Source of the DNA: Minisyncoccota bacterium
Lineage (GTDB): Bacteria > Patescibacteriota > Minisyncoccia > Phycocordibacterales > UBA918
DNA: 64,000 nucleotides
Assembly (NCBI GenBank): GCA_041389025.1
Contig: JAWKSP010000001.1
Span: 478,663 to 542,662 of the forward strand
Direction of reading: 5' to 3'
Shown: piece by piece, positions 18,038-27,311 of the stretch
Position numbering within the stretch: the stretch's first letter is position 1
Layout: every line of letters begins with the position of its first letter
Made by a program: the position numbers and the translations under genes
Notes under the pieces: generated by a model
What the model was told of the DNA's origin: nothing
Seen by the model: the letters and a program-made list of their open reading frames with translations, nothing else
The model's database searches: none

Positions 18038-18319
18038 ATGTTTAATCCTTTTTTGGCTTCAGAAAGTGCTAAAATCTTTCAAAATCTTTTAAACAAAGGT
18101 GAAGTACAAGACAGTGAAGCGGAGTCTTTGATTATTGATTTTCTCACAAACAAATGCAACTACAAAGAAGTAACTCCTGAACTTAGGGAATTACTTGCCT
18201 TTGCCCTCGGATTCTTTTTAAAGGGCGCGATATCTAACAACGAAATAGAAAGAATTATGGGAATTAGATATTCTAAAATATGCTCAGACATTGCAAATGG
18301 ACATATAAAATTAAAATAA
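18038..18319 (+). CDS. Hypothetical 93-aa protein
   Basis: Preceded by TTGACA-17-TATGCT (17977-18005) and SD gaggtg. Low-GC, helical composition. Confidence 0.45.
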   Translation: MFNPFLASESAKIFQNLLNKGEVQDSEAESLIIDFLTNKCNYKEVTPELRELLAFALGFFLKGAISNNEIERIMGIRYSKICSDIANGHIKLK

Positions 18320-18441
18320 TAGAAAAAACAAGAGATAACACCTTCAGCAAAACATGGAGAACTACTCCTTCTGCTGAAGGTATTTACTTGAATACGTCAC
18401 ACAAAGATACATCATATCTAGTGTGGCGTTTTTTAAATCGA

Positions 18442-18472
18442 ACAAGTTCGAACATCCTCCACCCAGCGGAGC
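18442..18472 (+). repeat. 31-bp direct repeat, copy 2 (acaagttcgaacatcctccacccagcggagc), start of ~75-nt repeat unit copy C
   Basis: See 17217..17247. Confidence 0.6.
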
Positions 18473-18831
18473 ATATAAAATCTTAATCACGCCCTTGCGT
18501 GGCTTTTGGCTTTAAAACTTTCACCAAAGAAAATACTTTGTAGTATTTTCGTTATAACCCAAATACTATCTGCACATCCATACTGATAAAACCATGTATA
18601 AGGAAAATAACAGATAGGCGACTTAGTCTCTTACGAGCGTGAGCTGAGTCGCCTCTCTGTTATTTTATGTATAAATTGATTTAGCATAAGTACTGTCCAT
18701 AAAACTCATCTACCGAATCACTCTAATGCCAGATATGACTTAACTTTTTTTAATTTTAAATTTAGTAAATCTAAATATTCACAAATACTTTCTTGCTAGA
18801 TGATTTAAAAAATGTATAGTATACTTTACAT

Positions 18832-20088
18832 ATGAAAACTATCAGTTACCAAGGGAGTATTCTAATATTCGGTCTAATTTTGACCGGCATAGCTACCTTA
18901 GTAGCAGGAACGATGATTATAGTAAGTAATGATAATATCTCCCCTGAAAAAGTAATTTATAACCACTCTACTAGCACAAATACTACAACCTTAGAAAAAA
19001 CTGAATTAGAAACAAAAACCGAAGATAAAATAAGTACAGAAACACAAACAACTACCAAATTAGAAAAAGTTGTCTTAGCTGGTGGTTGTTTTTGGTGTAC
19101 TGAAGCTTATTTTCAAGAAGAATTTGGTGTAATAGATGCTATCTCCGGCTATGCTGGTGGCCAAGCAGATACAGCTGACTACAAAACTGTCTCGACCGGA
19201 AAAACAGCCCATCGTGAGGCGGTGGAAGTAACTTTTGATCCGGAAAAAATTTCTCTTAAACAAATTTTGGATATATATTGGTCGCATATTGATCCAACCG
19301 ATGCGAATGGCCAATTTGCTGATCGAGGTTTTCAGTACACCACTGCTATTTTTTATAATTCAGAAAATCAAAAACAAATCGCTGAAGATTCAAAAGAACG
19401 CCTAAATAAAAGTGGTCTGTTTGATGAACCAATCGCTACCACAATCCTTCCCTTCACTACTTTTTTCCCCGCCGAAGAATATCATCAAAACTATTACCTA
19501 AAAGCAGCTGACTACTACAATCAATATAAAAAAGCATCTGGGCGAACGGATTTTATTGAAGAAACCTGGGCTAAAGATGCGGCACTTCATTTTTTAAATG
19601 ATAAAACTGATATAAAAACCGATAATACCAGTGTTGATATTTGGAAACCAAAAACATATAACGAGAAAGAGATTTCTACTTTACAAAAAAAATTACCAGA
19701 AGAGACTTATCATATAGTAGCTGAAAACGGTACTGAACCAGCCTTTAACAATCAATACTGGAACAACCACGAAGCTGGTATCTACGTCGATGTTGTAACC
19801 GGTGACCCCCTTTTCTCTTCTACTCACAAATATGACTCAAACACCGGTTGGCCAAGTTTTTACCAAACCATAAAAAACGCCCCCGTGACCGAGCATCAAG
19901 ACCTAGATTATGGCCTTGTTCGTATAGAGGTAAGAAGTCAAGGCGGACACCTTGGTCATATATTTAATGATGGACCAAAAGAACACGGTGGCTACCGTTA
20001 TTGCATAAATTCTTTGGCTTTAAATTTTGTGCCAAAAAACAAAATGCTTGAAGCCGGCTACGGCGATTATCTTTATCTATTTGACTGA
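18832..20088 (+). CDS. msrAB: Membrane-anchored bifunctional peptide methionine sulfoxide reductase MsrA-MsrB fusion (extracytoplasmic type)
   Basis: N-terminal TM plus Thr-rich linker. MsrA active site GGCFWCTEAYF. MsrB motifs GWPSF and RYCINSLAL. Confidence 0.85.
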   Translation: MKTISYQGSILIFGLILTGIATLVAGTMIIVSNDNISPEKVIYNHSTSTNTTTLEKTELETKTEDKISTETQTTTKLEKVVLAGGCFWCTEAYFQEEFGVIDAISGYAGGQADTADYKTVSTGKTAHREAVEVTFDPEKISLKQILDIYWSHIDPTDANGQFADRGFQYTTAIFYNSENQKQIAEDSKERLNKSGLFDEPIATTILPFTTFFPAEEYHQNYYLKAADYYNQYKKASGRTDFIEETWAKDAALHFLNDKTDIKTDNTSVDIWKPKTYNEKEISTLQKKLPEETYHIVAENGTEPAFNNQYWNNHEAGIYVDVVTGDPLFSSTHKYDSNTGWPSFYQTIKNAPVTEHQDLDYGLVRIEVRSQGGHLGHIFNDGPKEHGGYRYCINSLALNFVPKNKMLEAGYGDYLYLFD

Positions 20089-20156
20089 TAACTAAAATAG
20101 ATAGAGGTAAATTTAAGATATTTAATAATATAAATTAAAAAAATAAAATTTGACTT

Positions 20157-20732
20157 ATGGAAGAAAACAATAGTAACAAAGGTATTATTACTATAATAGT
20201 TGTACTACTAATTATTGGATTTATTGCTTTTATGACTCTTAATGGCGATGACTCAATGGAAGAAAATATACTAGGAGAAAGCGAAATGATGATGGAAGAA
20301 AGCGAAACTGTTCCCGAAGGAGCGATGATGGAAAGTACTGAAGGAAATACTGATGCCATGATGGAAGAAGAAAAAGGCGGTGCGATGATGGAGCAATCGA
20401 ACAGTACAATGACCGAACACCAAACAGTAGCTGGATCTTATGAAGCTTATTCTACCGATAAATTAGCCCTGGCCAATGAGGGTGATGTAGTTTTATTTTT
20501 TCACGCCAGTTGGTGTCCGTCTTGTCGTGCAGCTGATAAAAGCATAAAGGAAACTGGTGTACCAGACGGCCTTACCATTCTAAAACTTGATTATGACAAA
20601 GAAACTGAATTAAAGAAAAAATACGGCGTAACTACCCAACATACTTTTATTCAAGTTGATGCCGACGGAAATTTGATTAAAAAATGGAGCGGAGCTTCAA
20701 ATGTTGATGCTATTGTGGCTGAAATTATTTAA
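20157..20732 (+). CDS. Membrane-anchored thioredoxin-like protein with a Met/Glu-rich repetitive linker (extracytoplasmic thioredoxin, Etrx-like)
   Basis: TM anchor. Five MM(E)E repeats (SMEEN..EMMMEESE..AMMESTE..AMMEEEKGGAMMEQS). Thioredoxin fold with WCPSC active site. Confidence 0.75.
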   Translation: MEENNSNKGIITIIVVLLIIGFIAFMTLNGDDSMEENILGESEMMMEESETVPEGAMMESTEGNTDAMMEEEKGGAMMEQSNSTMTEHQTVAGSYEAYSTDKLALANEGDVVLFFHASWCPSCRAADKSIKETGVPDGLTILKLDYDKETELKKKYGVTTQHTFIQVDADGNLIKKWSGASNVDAIVAEII

Positions 20733-20738
20733 AGTCTT

Positions 20739-22463
20739 ATGACCTTACTTATTATTTCTTTTATAGCTGGAGCATTAACAGTCTTAGCCCCTTGTATATT
20801 ACCGTTATTACCGGTAGTGATTGGTGGCTCAGCGACCGACCATAAAAATCCTTGGAAACCTTATATCATCACCGCATCACTAGCAGTATCAGTAATTGTC
20901 TTTACCCTACTACTTAAGGCTACAACATTGGTTATTGATATACCTCCATCATTTTGGAAGTGGTTTTCTGGTGGTTTACTTCTGCTTTTAGGAATAATAC
21001 TTATCTTCCCATCACTTTGGGAAAAACTTAAGTTCAACGCTGTTATAAATAATAGTTCACAAAAACTGTTAGCCAAAGGAAGTAACAAACAAAGTGTGTG
21101 GGGAGATATCCTCATGGGGGCTGCTTTGGGACCAGTCTTCTCGACTTGTTCACCAACTTATTTTGTGATTTTAGCGACCGTACTCCCTAGCTCATTTGGA
21201 CTTGGTTTGGTCTATCTACTAGCCTACACACTTGGCTTGTCACTAGTTTTAATTTTAATTGCTCTTTTAGGACAAAAGCTCGTATCCAAGCTTTATGGAG
21301 CAGCCGATTCACGAGGCTGGGTTAAACGAGGTATGGGTATACTAATTGCCTTAGTTGGACTAGCGATAGTAACCGGTGTAGATAAAAAAATAGAAACCGC
21401 GATTCTTGATGCTGGCTTCCTAGATATAACAAAGTTCGAACAAAACCTGCTTGATAAAGTCGATGACAATAAAAATAGTGAGACTATGGATGTGTTAAAA
21501 AATACCAGTCTACCGACCAATCAAAAAATTATTGCTCCAGAGCTAACTGGTATTGAAAGCTATCTAAACACTGCCGAACAACCGATTACTTTAGAACAAT
21601 TTCGCGGTGAAAAAATAGTTTTATTAGATTTCTGGACCTATAGCTGTATCAACTGTAGACGCACCATTCCCCACTTAAATGATTGGTACAATCGTTATCA
21701 CGACCAAGGTTTGGAGATTATTGGTGTCCATACACCGGAATTTTCTTTTGAACAAAAAAGAGAGAACGTTGAAAAAGCAATAACCGAATTTGGCATAAAA
21801 TATCCGGTGGTGCTTGATAATGGTTATGCGACTTGGCGAGCTTTTGGTAACAAGTACTGGCCACGCAAATATCTAATAAACGAAAAAGGTGAAATCATCT
21901 ATGACCATATTGGTGAAGGAGCCTACGAAGAAACTGAAAAAGTGATTAGGGACGCTTTAGAAAAATTAGGTAGCAAACCAAAAGATAGAGTAGGTGAAGT
22001 AAAAAATTTGACTGAGGTAAATTTTAAATCAATCACTAGTCCGGAGATATACTTTGGGGCTAAACGTAATCAATATCTAGCTAATGGAAGATTAAATGAA
22101 GTTGGGGTACAAAATTTTTTCCTACCAGAAAATATAGAAACAAATAAACTGTATCTTAAAGGTGACTGGGAAATAACCAACGAATACGCCGAGAGCATGA
22201 ATGAAAACAATGAGATAGTTTTTGAGTTTACTGCCAAAGAAGTATATATGGTATTAGGAAATAACTTCCCTACATCAGCCGAAATATTTATTGATGACAA
22301 ACCAATTACTAAAGATAATTCTGGTGTCGATGTAGTAAAAGGTACATTAAACATAGAGGATGAAAAAATGTACCATATCTACACCGATATTGAGTACAAA
22401 ACCCATAAGTTAAAGTTAAAAGTTAAACCAAAATTCCGCGCTTTTACTTTTACTTTTGGTTAA
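20739..22463 (+). CDS. ccdA: CcdA/DsbD-family transmembrane thiol:disulfide electron transporter fused to a thioredoxin-like (TlpA/ResA-type) domain and a C-terminal ~170-aa domain
   Basis: N-terminal LTVLAPCILPLLPVVIG (CcdA Cys-containing helix) and 6 TM. Central FWTYSCINCRR CxxC thioredoxin-like motif. Confidence 0.75.
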   Translation: MTLLIISFIAGALTVLAPCILPLLPVVIGGSATDHKNPWKPYIITASLAVSVIVFTLLLKATTLVIDIPPSFWKWFSGGLLLLLGIILIFPSLWEKLKFNAVINNSSQKLLAKGSNKQSVWGDILMGAALGPVFSTCSPTYFVILATVLPSSFGLGLVYLLAYTLGLSLVLILIALLGQKLVSKLYGAADSRGWVKRGMGILIALVGLAIVTGVDKKIETAILDAGFLDITKFEQNLLDKVDDNKNSETMDVLKNTSLPTNQKIIAPELTGIESYLNTAEQPITLEQFRGEKIVLLDFWTYSCINCRRTIPHLNDWYNRYHDQGLEIIGVHTPEFSFEQKRENVEKAITEFGIKYPVVLDNGYATWRAFGNKYWPRKYLINEKGEIIYDHIGEGAYEETEKVIRDALEKLGSKPKDRVGEVKNLTEVNFKSITSPEIYFGAKRNQYLANGRLNEVGVQNFFLPENIETNKLYLKGDWEITNEYAESMNENNEIVFEFTAKEVYMVLGNNFPTSAEIFIDDKPITKDNSGVDVVKGTLNIEDEKMYHIYTDIEYKTHKLKLKVKPKFRAFTFTFG

Positions 22464-22542
22464 AATGAACACAAAAAACTTCCCGACAAAATAAAATTTT
22501 ACGGGAAGAAAAATACTATTTTTTTATTTTATTTACCAATAA

Positions 22543-22785
22543 TTACCTTGTGTTCACTAGCATCTCAAGCTCAAAGACTTGCCGTTCCAATCTTTGAATG
22601 TATACCATCTGTACCAATCTTAGTTGCTCTTCTAGTGTTTCAAGAATTTTTTCAGCCACAACCCGCTCTTGATTAGAGACATCTTCAGCGGTAATTATTT
22701 GTGCTTGTGCATTAGATACAGTTAGCCCCATTAAAGTTACTGTTAATACTACGTATACTCCTAATTTTTTGATATTTGCTGTCAT
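22543..22785 (-). CDS. Hypothetical small secreted coiled-coil protein
   Basis: Signal peptide ending AQAQ, then 50 aa of heptad-like sequence. Confidence 0.4.
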   Translation of the reverse strand: MTANIKKLGVYVVLTVTLMGLTVSNAQAQIITAEDVSNQERVVAEKILETLEEQLRLVQMVYIQRLERQVFELEMLVNTR

Positions 22786-22927
22786 ATTTTATTAGGTTAA
22801 ACTATTAACACCCCTCTATATACAGACTATCAGATACTAAGATTCTTACAATATCTAATTTAATTTAGAAAACCACAAAATTATCTAAGCAAAATTTATT
22901 AAAATAATTAAAATATTTTAATAAATT

Positions 22928-23566
22928 TTACCTATCAGTTCTTTGATACCGCCCCATCAAAATAGTGCTTTCTATAGCTGATTCTTTAGCAACTGTCTCA
23001 ACCTCATCTAAAGTTGGAGTTTTTATAAAATTCAAAGTATTTGGCAAAGCGTAAAGGCGAAAAAAGTAGCGGTGTTCACGATCAGGTGGGCACGACCCCA
23101 CATATCCTGTCTCACCCCGAGAGGACAGACCTTCATTTCCTACCTTCTCCCCTTCTTTTATTACGGTCGTGTCTGGAGGCATGTTGTATATCACCCAGTG
23201 ATCAAATTTTTCTATTCCTCTACTTTCTTTCACACTATCTGGAATATCAGGATCATCCATTACCAAAACCAAAGAAACGGTCCCTTCTGGTATACCAGAA
23301 ATATGTAATTCTGGATTTATGTTTTCACCATCGCAAGTGTATTTAGATGGGATGTTTTGACCATCAACAAAAGCTGGTGAAGTTAAAGCAAGTGACATAA
23401 GAGTATTTTCATTAATATCCTGATTAATATTTTCTATTTCTTGTATTAATAAATTATCTGAAGTTGGAGCATGAGCTTGTTTATAAAAAAATAAAGCTAG
23501 CATAACCACTAAAAAAACTAAAAACCAAATGTAAATCTTCTTCATATTTATAAATTTTACCATCAA
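22928..23566 (-). CDS. YbhB/YbcL (PEBP/Raf-kinase-inhibitor-like) family protein, membrane-anchored or secreted
   Basis: PEBP signature motifs DPDIPD and GxHRYxFxLYAL (REHRYFFRLYAL); N-terminal hydrophobic anchor. Confidence 0.7.
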   Translation of the reverse strand: MMVKFINMKKIYIWFLVFLVVMLALFFYKQAHAPTSDNLLIQEIENINQDINENTLMSLALTSPAFVDGQNIPSKYTCDGENINPELHISGIPEGTVSLVLVMDDPDIPDSVKESRGIEKFDHWVIYNMPPDTTVIKEGEKVGNEGLSSRGETGYVGSCPPDREHRYFFRLYALPNTLNFIKTPTLDEVETVAKESAIESTILMGRYQRTDR

Positions 23567-23622
23567 AATATAAATATGAGAAAAGAATCATATACCTTAA
23601 ATTTGTAATTATTTAAAATCTA

Positions 23623-23886
23623 TTGTATAAAATTAGTCGCTTTGTACATATAATTTTTGAGGGATTAATATTGAAAAAAATTTATCAGTACGGTGACAAA
23701 AAAGCCTTTAAGAAATTTTCACCCTTTCCTATAACAATAAATAATAAAAAGAAATTTGGACGGATGTTTTTTGAAGCTGAACTTGTTTATGTTCATGGTC
23801 AAACTGACAATAAGCATAGCCGCTGGAAACCCGTACGTTGGCTCAGCGAAGAAGAATATAATAATTATAGGGGTGATAAAGATTGA
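23623..23886 (+). CDS. Hypothetical 87-aa protein
   Basis: ORF only; no motif. Confidence 0.25.
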   Translation: MYKISRFVHIIFEGLILKKIYQYGDKKAFKKFSPFPITINNKKKFGRMFFEAELVYVHGQTDNKHSRWKPVRWLSEEEYNNYRGDKD

Positions 23887-23984
23887 AAATTCACACAGAT
23901 TAGATTAATTAACCTTCAGGATCAATGTAATATGTAATTGATCCTGTTTTTATTTACTAAATATAGGGTGTTATACTAGCTACT

Positions 23985-25328
23985 ATGAATGTTTACACTA
24001 ACGGCAACCTGATTACACAACCCATCCCTAAATTATTACGCGCGATTGCTGTACCCGCTTCAATCGGCTTTTTCTTTAACACTATGTACAACATAGTCGA
24101 CAGTTGGGTAGCCGGACAAATTTCCGGTGAGGCATTGGCGGCCTTATCGGTTACTTTTCCGGTATTTTTTATTATTATTGCTCTAGCAATCGGTATCGGT
24201 ACCGGAGTAACCGCCCTTATCGCTAATGAGCTGGGTGCCGGCAACGAAGAAGATGCTAAAAAATACGCCACCCAGACTATATCTTTTGGTCTAATTACTT
24301 CCGTCATAATCACCATTGCTGGATATTTTTCAGCTCCAGCCATGTTTAAATTTTTAGGCGCCTCAGACTCTTACTTGGACATCACTCTTTTATACATGCA
24401 ACCAATCTTCCTAGGTTCAATTTTTATTGCCATGGTCATCATACTAAACGGTATCTTAAACGCTGTTGGTGATACAAAATCTTATCGCAATGTTCTTATT
24501 GCCGGACTCTTTTTAAACCTACTACTTAGCCCAGCTCTGGCCCTTGGCTGGTTTGGTTTGCCCGCACTCGGCACCTTGGGTATTGCGATTGCCACCATCG
24601 TAAGTAACCTGTTTGGACTGATCTATATTGTCTACAAAGTTTGGCAAACTGGACTAATAGATCAAGCGTGTCTTAAATGCTATTTAAGTCCAATTAAAAA
24701 AATTTACTTAGACATTATTTCTCAAGGTTTACCAGCCAGTCTAAACATGATGACAGTAGCTATCGGAGCTTTTATCATTACATATTTTGTCAGCCAATAC
24801 GGCAAAGAAGCGGTGGCTGGCTACGGTACAGCTATTCGTATTGAGCAAATAGTTTTAATACCAAGCATCGGTATAAACATTGCTGTCCTTACTCTAATAG
24901 GCCAAAACAACGGTGCTAAAAAGTTTGAACGTATAAAAGAAATAGCTAAAGTGGGGGTAAAATATATTCTGGCTTTAAGTACTTTGGGTACAATTATTCT
25001 TCTCTTGGGAGGAAAACCACTGATGAGATTCTTCACTGAAGTTCCCGATATAATAACGTTTGGAACCGACTATCTGGCTATCGCCGCTTTTATCACTTGG
25101 GCTTATGGTTTGATATTTGTCACCGAAGCAATTTTACGAGGATTTAAAAAGCCAATTTTTCCTCTGGTCTTAGGAGTGGTAAGACAAACAATAGTACCTC
25201 TTATCGCCTTTTATTTTGTTACGTTTGTGTTCATGTTTAGCATTATCGGCTTGTGGTGGAGCATTTTTACCATCGTCTGGGTATCAGCTTTATTGTCACT
25301 TTGGTACACTTTTAGGAAAATACCATAG
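23985..25328 (+). CDS. MATE-family efflux transporter
   Basis: 12 TM, 447 aa. N-terminal MATE signature (PxxLxxxAxPxxxxxxxxxxYNIVDxxxxG). Confidence 0.7.
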   Translation: MNVYTNGNLITQPIPKLLRAIAVPASIGFFFNTMYNIVDSWVAGQISGEALAALSVTFPVFFIIIALAIGIGTGVTALIANELGAGNEEDAKKYATQTISFGLITSVIITIAGYFSAPAMFKFLGASDSYLDITLLYMQPIFLGSIFIAMVIILNGILNAVGDTKSYRNVLIAGLFLNLLLSPALALGWFGLPALGTLGIAIATIVSNLFGLIYIVYKVWQTGLIDQACLKCYLSPIKKIYLDIISQGLPASLNMMTVAIGAFIITYFVSQYGKEAVAGYGTAIRIEQIVLIPSIGINIAVLTLIGQNNGAKKFERIKEIAKVGVKYILALSTLGTIILLLGGKPLMRFFTEVPDIITFGTDYLAIAAFITWAYGLIFVTEAILRGFKKPIFPLVLGVVRQTIVPLIAFYFVTFVFMFSIIGLWWSIFTIVWVSALLSLWYTFRKIP

Positions 25329-25375
25329 TCTTTTAAATCGCTATATTTTGTTATTATATTATTATAGAAAACAAC

Positions 25376-26377
25376 ATGAGCAAGAATAAAAAACATAAAA
25401 GATTCACTATTCGAACAGTAAAGACAATCGGGGCTTTTATGGCACTCTCTCTCTTCCTAATTATTGTTACGGTTTTCCTTCAAAAAATTTTATTTATAAA
25501 CCAAAATTCTCCAGATAAAATCGACAGACCAGAAATTATCGATTATAAATTTGAAACCGCTCCAGACAATCCTTTTCTCCATTCTGAGGAAGCTGTCATT
25601 ATAGAAACCGGTACTTCAACCACACCAGAAATGTTACCGATTGATAAGGTTTTGTTTGAATACGTAGAAGTAACCGATGGTTGCGGACCACACTTTGAAG
25701 GTGAGTGTCTTTTGGTACGTTCTGGTCCAGGACAAGAATATCCGATAGTCGAACGGCTTAGAAACGGGGTTGTACTAAAAGTTGGCGGCAAAGTTGAACA
25801 CGACAATATAACTTGGTTTAAAATTGTTTTTGATGAATGGTTGCGCTATCCGGAGAGAGTAAAAGGTGACTGGTATGTAGCCTCTGATTACGTTGATGTA
25901 CTTTTAGATGAAGGCTCAAAAACGGTTTGGGATAAAGGAAAAGTTGAACAAGAAGCAAATAGCACAAGCACCGAACCAGTAACCAGCAGTACCAGCACCG
26001 AAAAAATTATAGTGGTAGACAGAAGCGACCAAACCCTAACCGCTTATGAGGGCTACTATATTTTTATGGAAACAAAAATATCCACCGGTCTCGAACTCAC
26101 CCCAACCCCGCGCGGTGAATTTACCATATTTAAAAAAACTCCCAGCCGCTACATGCAAGGACCGTTACCTTATCTAAGAGACCAGCAATACTACGACTTA
26201 CCCGGCGTACCTTGGAATTTATATTTTACCGAAGGTGGTGCAGTGATACATGGCGCATACTGGCACAACAGTTTTGGTAGTGCTTATTCTCACGGCTGTG
26301 TAAACATGCGACCAAATGAGGCTAGAAATCTATACAATTGGGCTACTTTAGGGACAAAAGTTATTGTCAAAGACTAG
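25376..26377 (+). CDS. L,D-transpeptidase (YkuD family), membrane-anchored with an N-terminal extra domain
   Basis: Catalytic motif SHGCVNM near the C-terminus in the conserved YkuD context (TPTPRGEFTIFKK...AVIHGAYWH...SHGCVNMRPNEA). Confidence 0.75.
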   Translation: MSKNKKHKRFTIRTVKTIGAFMALSLFLIIVTVFLQKILFINQNSPDKIDRPEIIDYKFETAPDNPFLHSEEAVIIETGTSTTPEMLPIDKVLFEYVEVTDGCGPHFEGECLLVRSGPGQEYPIVERLRNGVVLKVGGKVEHDNITWFKIVFDEWLRYPERVKGDWYVASDYVDVLLDEGSKTVWDKGKVEQEANSTSTEPVTSSTSTEKIIVVDRSDQTLTAYEGYYIFMETKISTGLELTPTPRGEFTIFKKTPSRYMQGPLPYLRDQQYYDLPGVPWNLYFTEGGAVIHGAYWHNSFGSAYSHGCVNMRPNEARNLYNWATLGTKVIVKD

Positions 26378-27240
26378 ACAACACAAATCAATTTCAAGCA
26401 ACCCAAAATTTGCGATATAATCATAAAGTTTTGAAGCGTACATTTATTACCGTAACCCTACTTGCGATACCAGTTATCGTCAGTGCCACATACAACCCCA
26501 TCAAACTCAGTGAAGAAACTGTTTCATCAACCGACCCTAAAAAACCTTCACCGATATATGTTCAGATAATAACCTCAAAAGAATACGAAGAGGAGTTAAG
26601 GAAGAAAAAAGAAGAAAAAAAAGTTGCTTCCACTCAAACTAACGACGACAACACAACACGAAGCCTTACTCCTCCACTATCACAAAAAACAGAGAGTGTC
26701 TCCATCCGGCGCACGACCCAAAAATCTGCTCAAAGTGCTGAAAACAACTTCTTTGTTCCCTTTTACTCTCAATTTTCTGATATAACAAACCCTAGTCGAC
26801 AAAAAATAGGTTGCGGTGTGGCTGGTCTGGCTATGATAATTGAATATTATAAAGGAGAAAAAGTGTCGGTTGATAGTTTGTTTGAAACCGGTTTAGAAGC
26901 CGGAGCTTACCTAGAAGACGCTGGCTGGATCCACTCAGGCCTGATAAACTTATCCAAAAAATATAAATTAGATGGTGAGAGTAAAGACTTTAGCTACTTA
27001 GACAAAGAAGGAGCTTTAGCTAAATTAGAAACAGCACTAGAAACAGGACCGGTGCTGGCTTCAGTTCACTATACTTTTGAACCAACCAACCCTATACCAC
27101 ATCTGGTAGTAATAAATGGTCTTGAAAACAACATTATCCATTATAACGATCCGGCTGAAAAAACTGGTGGCGGCACCATAAGTAAAGAAAAATTCTTAAA
27201 AGCTTGGAAAAACCGCTTTATTGAAATCAGGCCAGTTTAA
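26338..27240 (+). CDS. Peptidase C39-like (papain-fold cysteine peptidase) domain protein, membrane-anchored
   Basis: QKIGCGVAGLAMIIEYYKG (catalytic Cys context) and HLVVINGLENNIIHYNDPA (His context). The listed start overlaps the previous gene by 40 nt, so the true start is uncertain. Confidence 0.5.
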   Translation: MGYFRDKSYCQRLDNTNQFQATQNLRYNHKVLKRTFITVTLLAIPVIVSATYNPIKLSEETVSSTDPKKPSPIYVQIITSKEYEEELRKKKEEKKVASTQTNDDNTTRSLTPPLSQKTESVSIRRTTQKSAQSAENNFFVPFYSQFSDITNPSRQKIGCGVAGLAMIIEYYKGEKVSVDSLFETGLEAGAYLEDAGWIHSGLINLSKKYKLDGESKDFSYLDKEGALAKLETALETGPVLASVHYTFEPTNPIPHLVVINGLENNIIHYNDPAEKTGGGTISKEKFLKAWKNRFIEIRPV

Positions 27241-27311
27241 ATTTAAAAAACCACTTCTGTATATTAGAAGTGGTTTTTTAAGTTTAATCTAAATTAATTC
27301 ATAACGATAAT

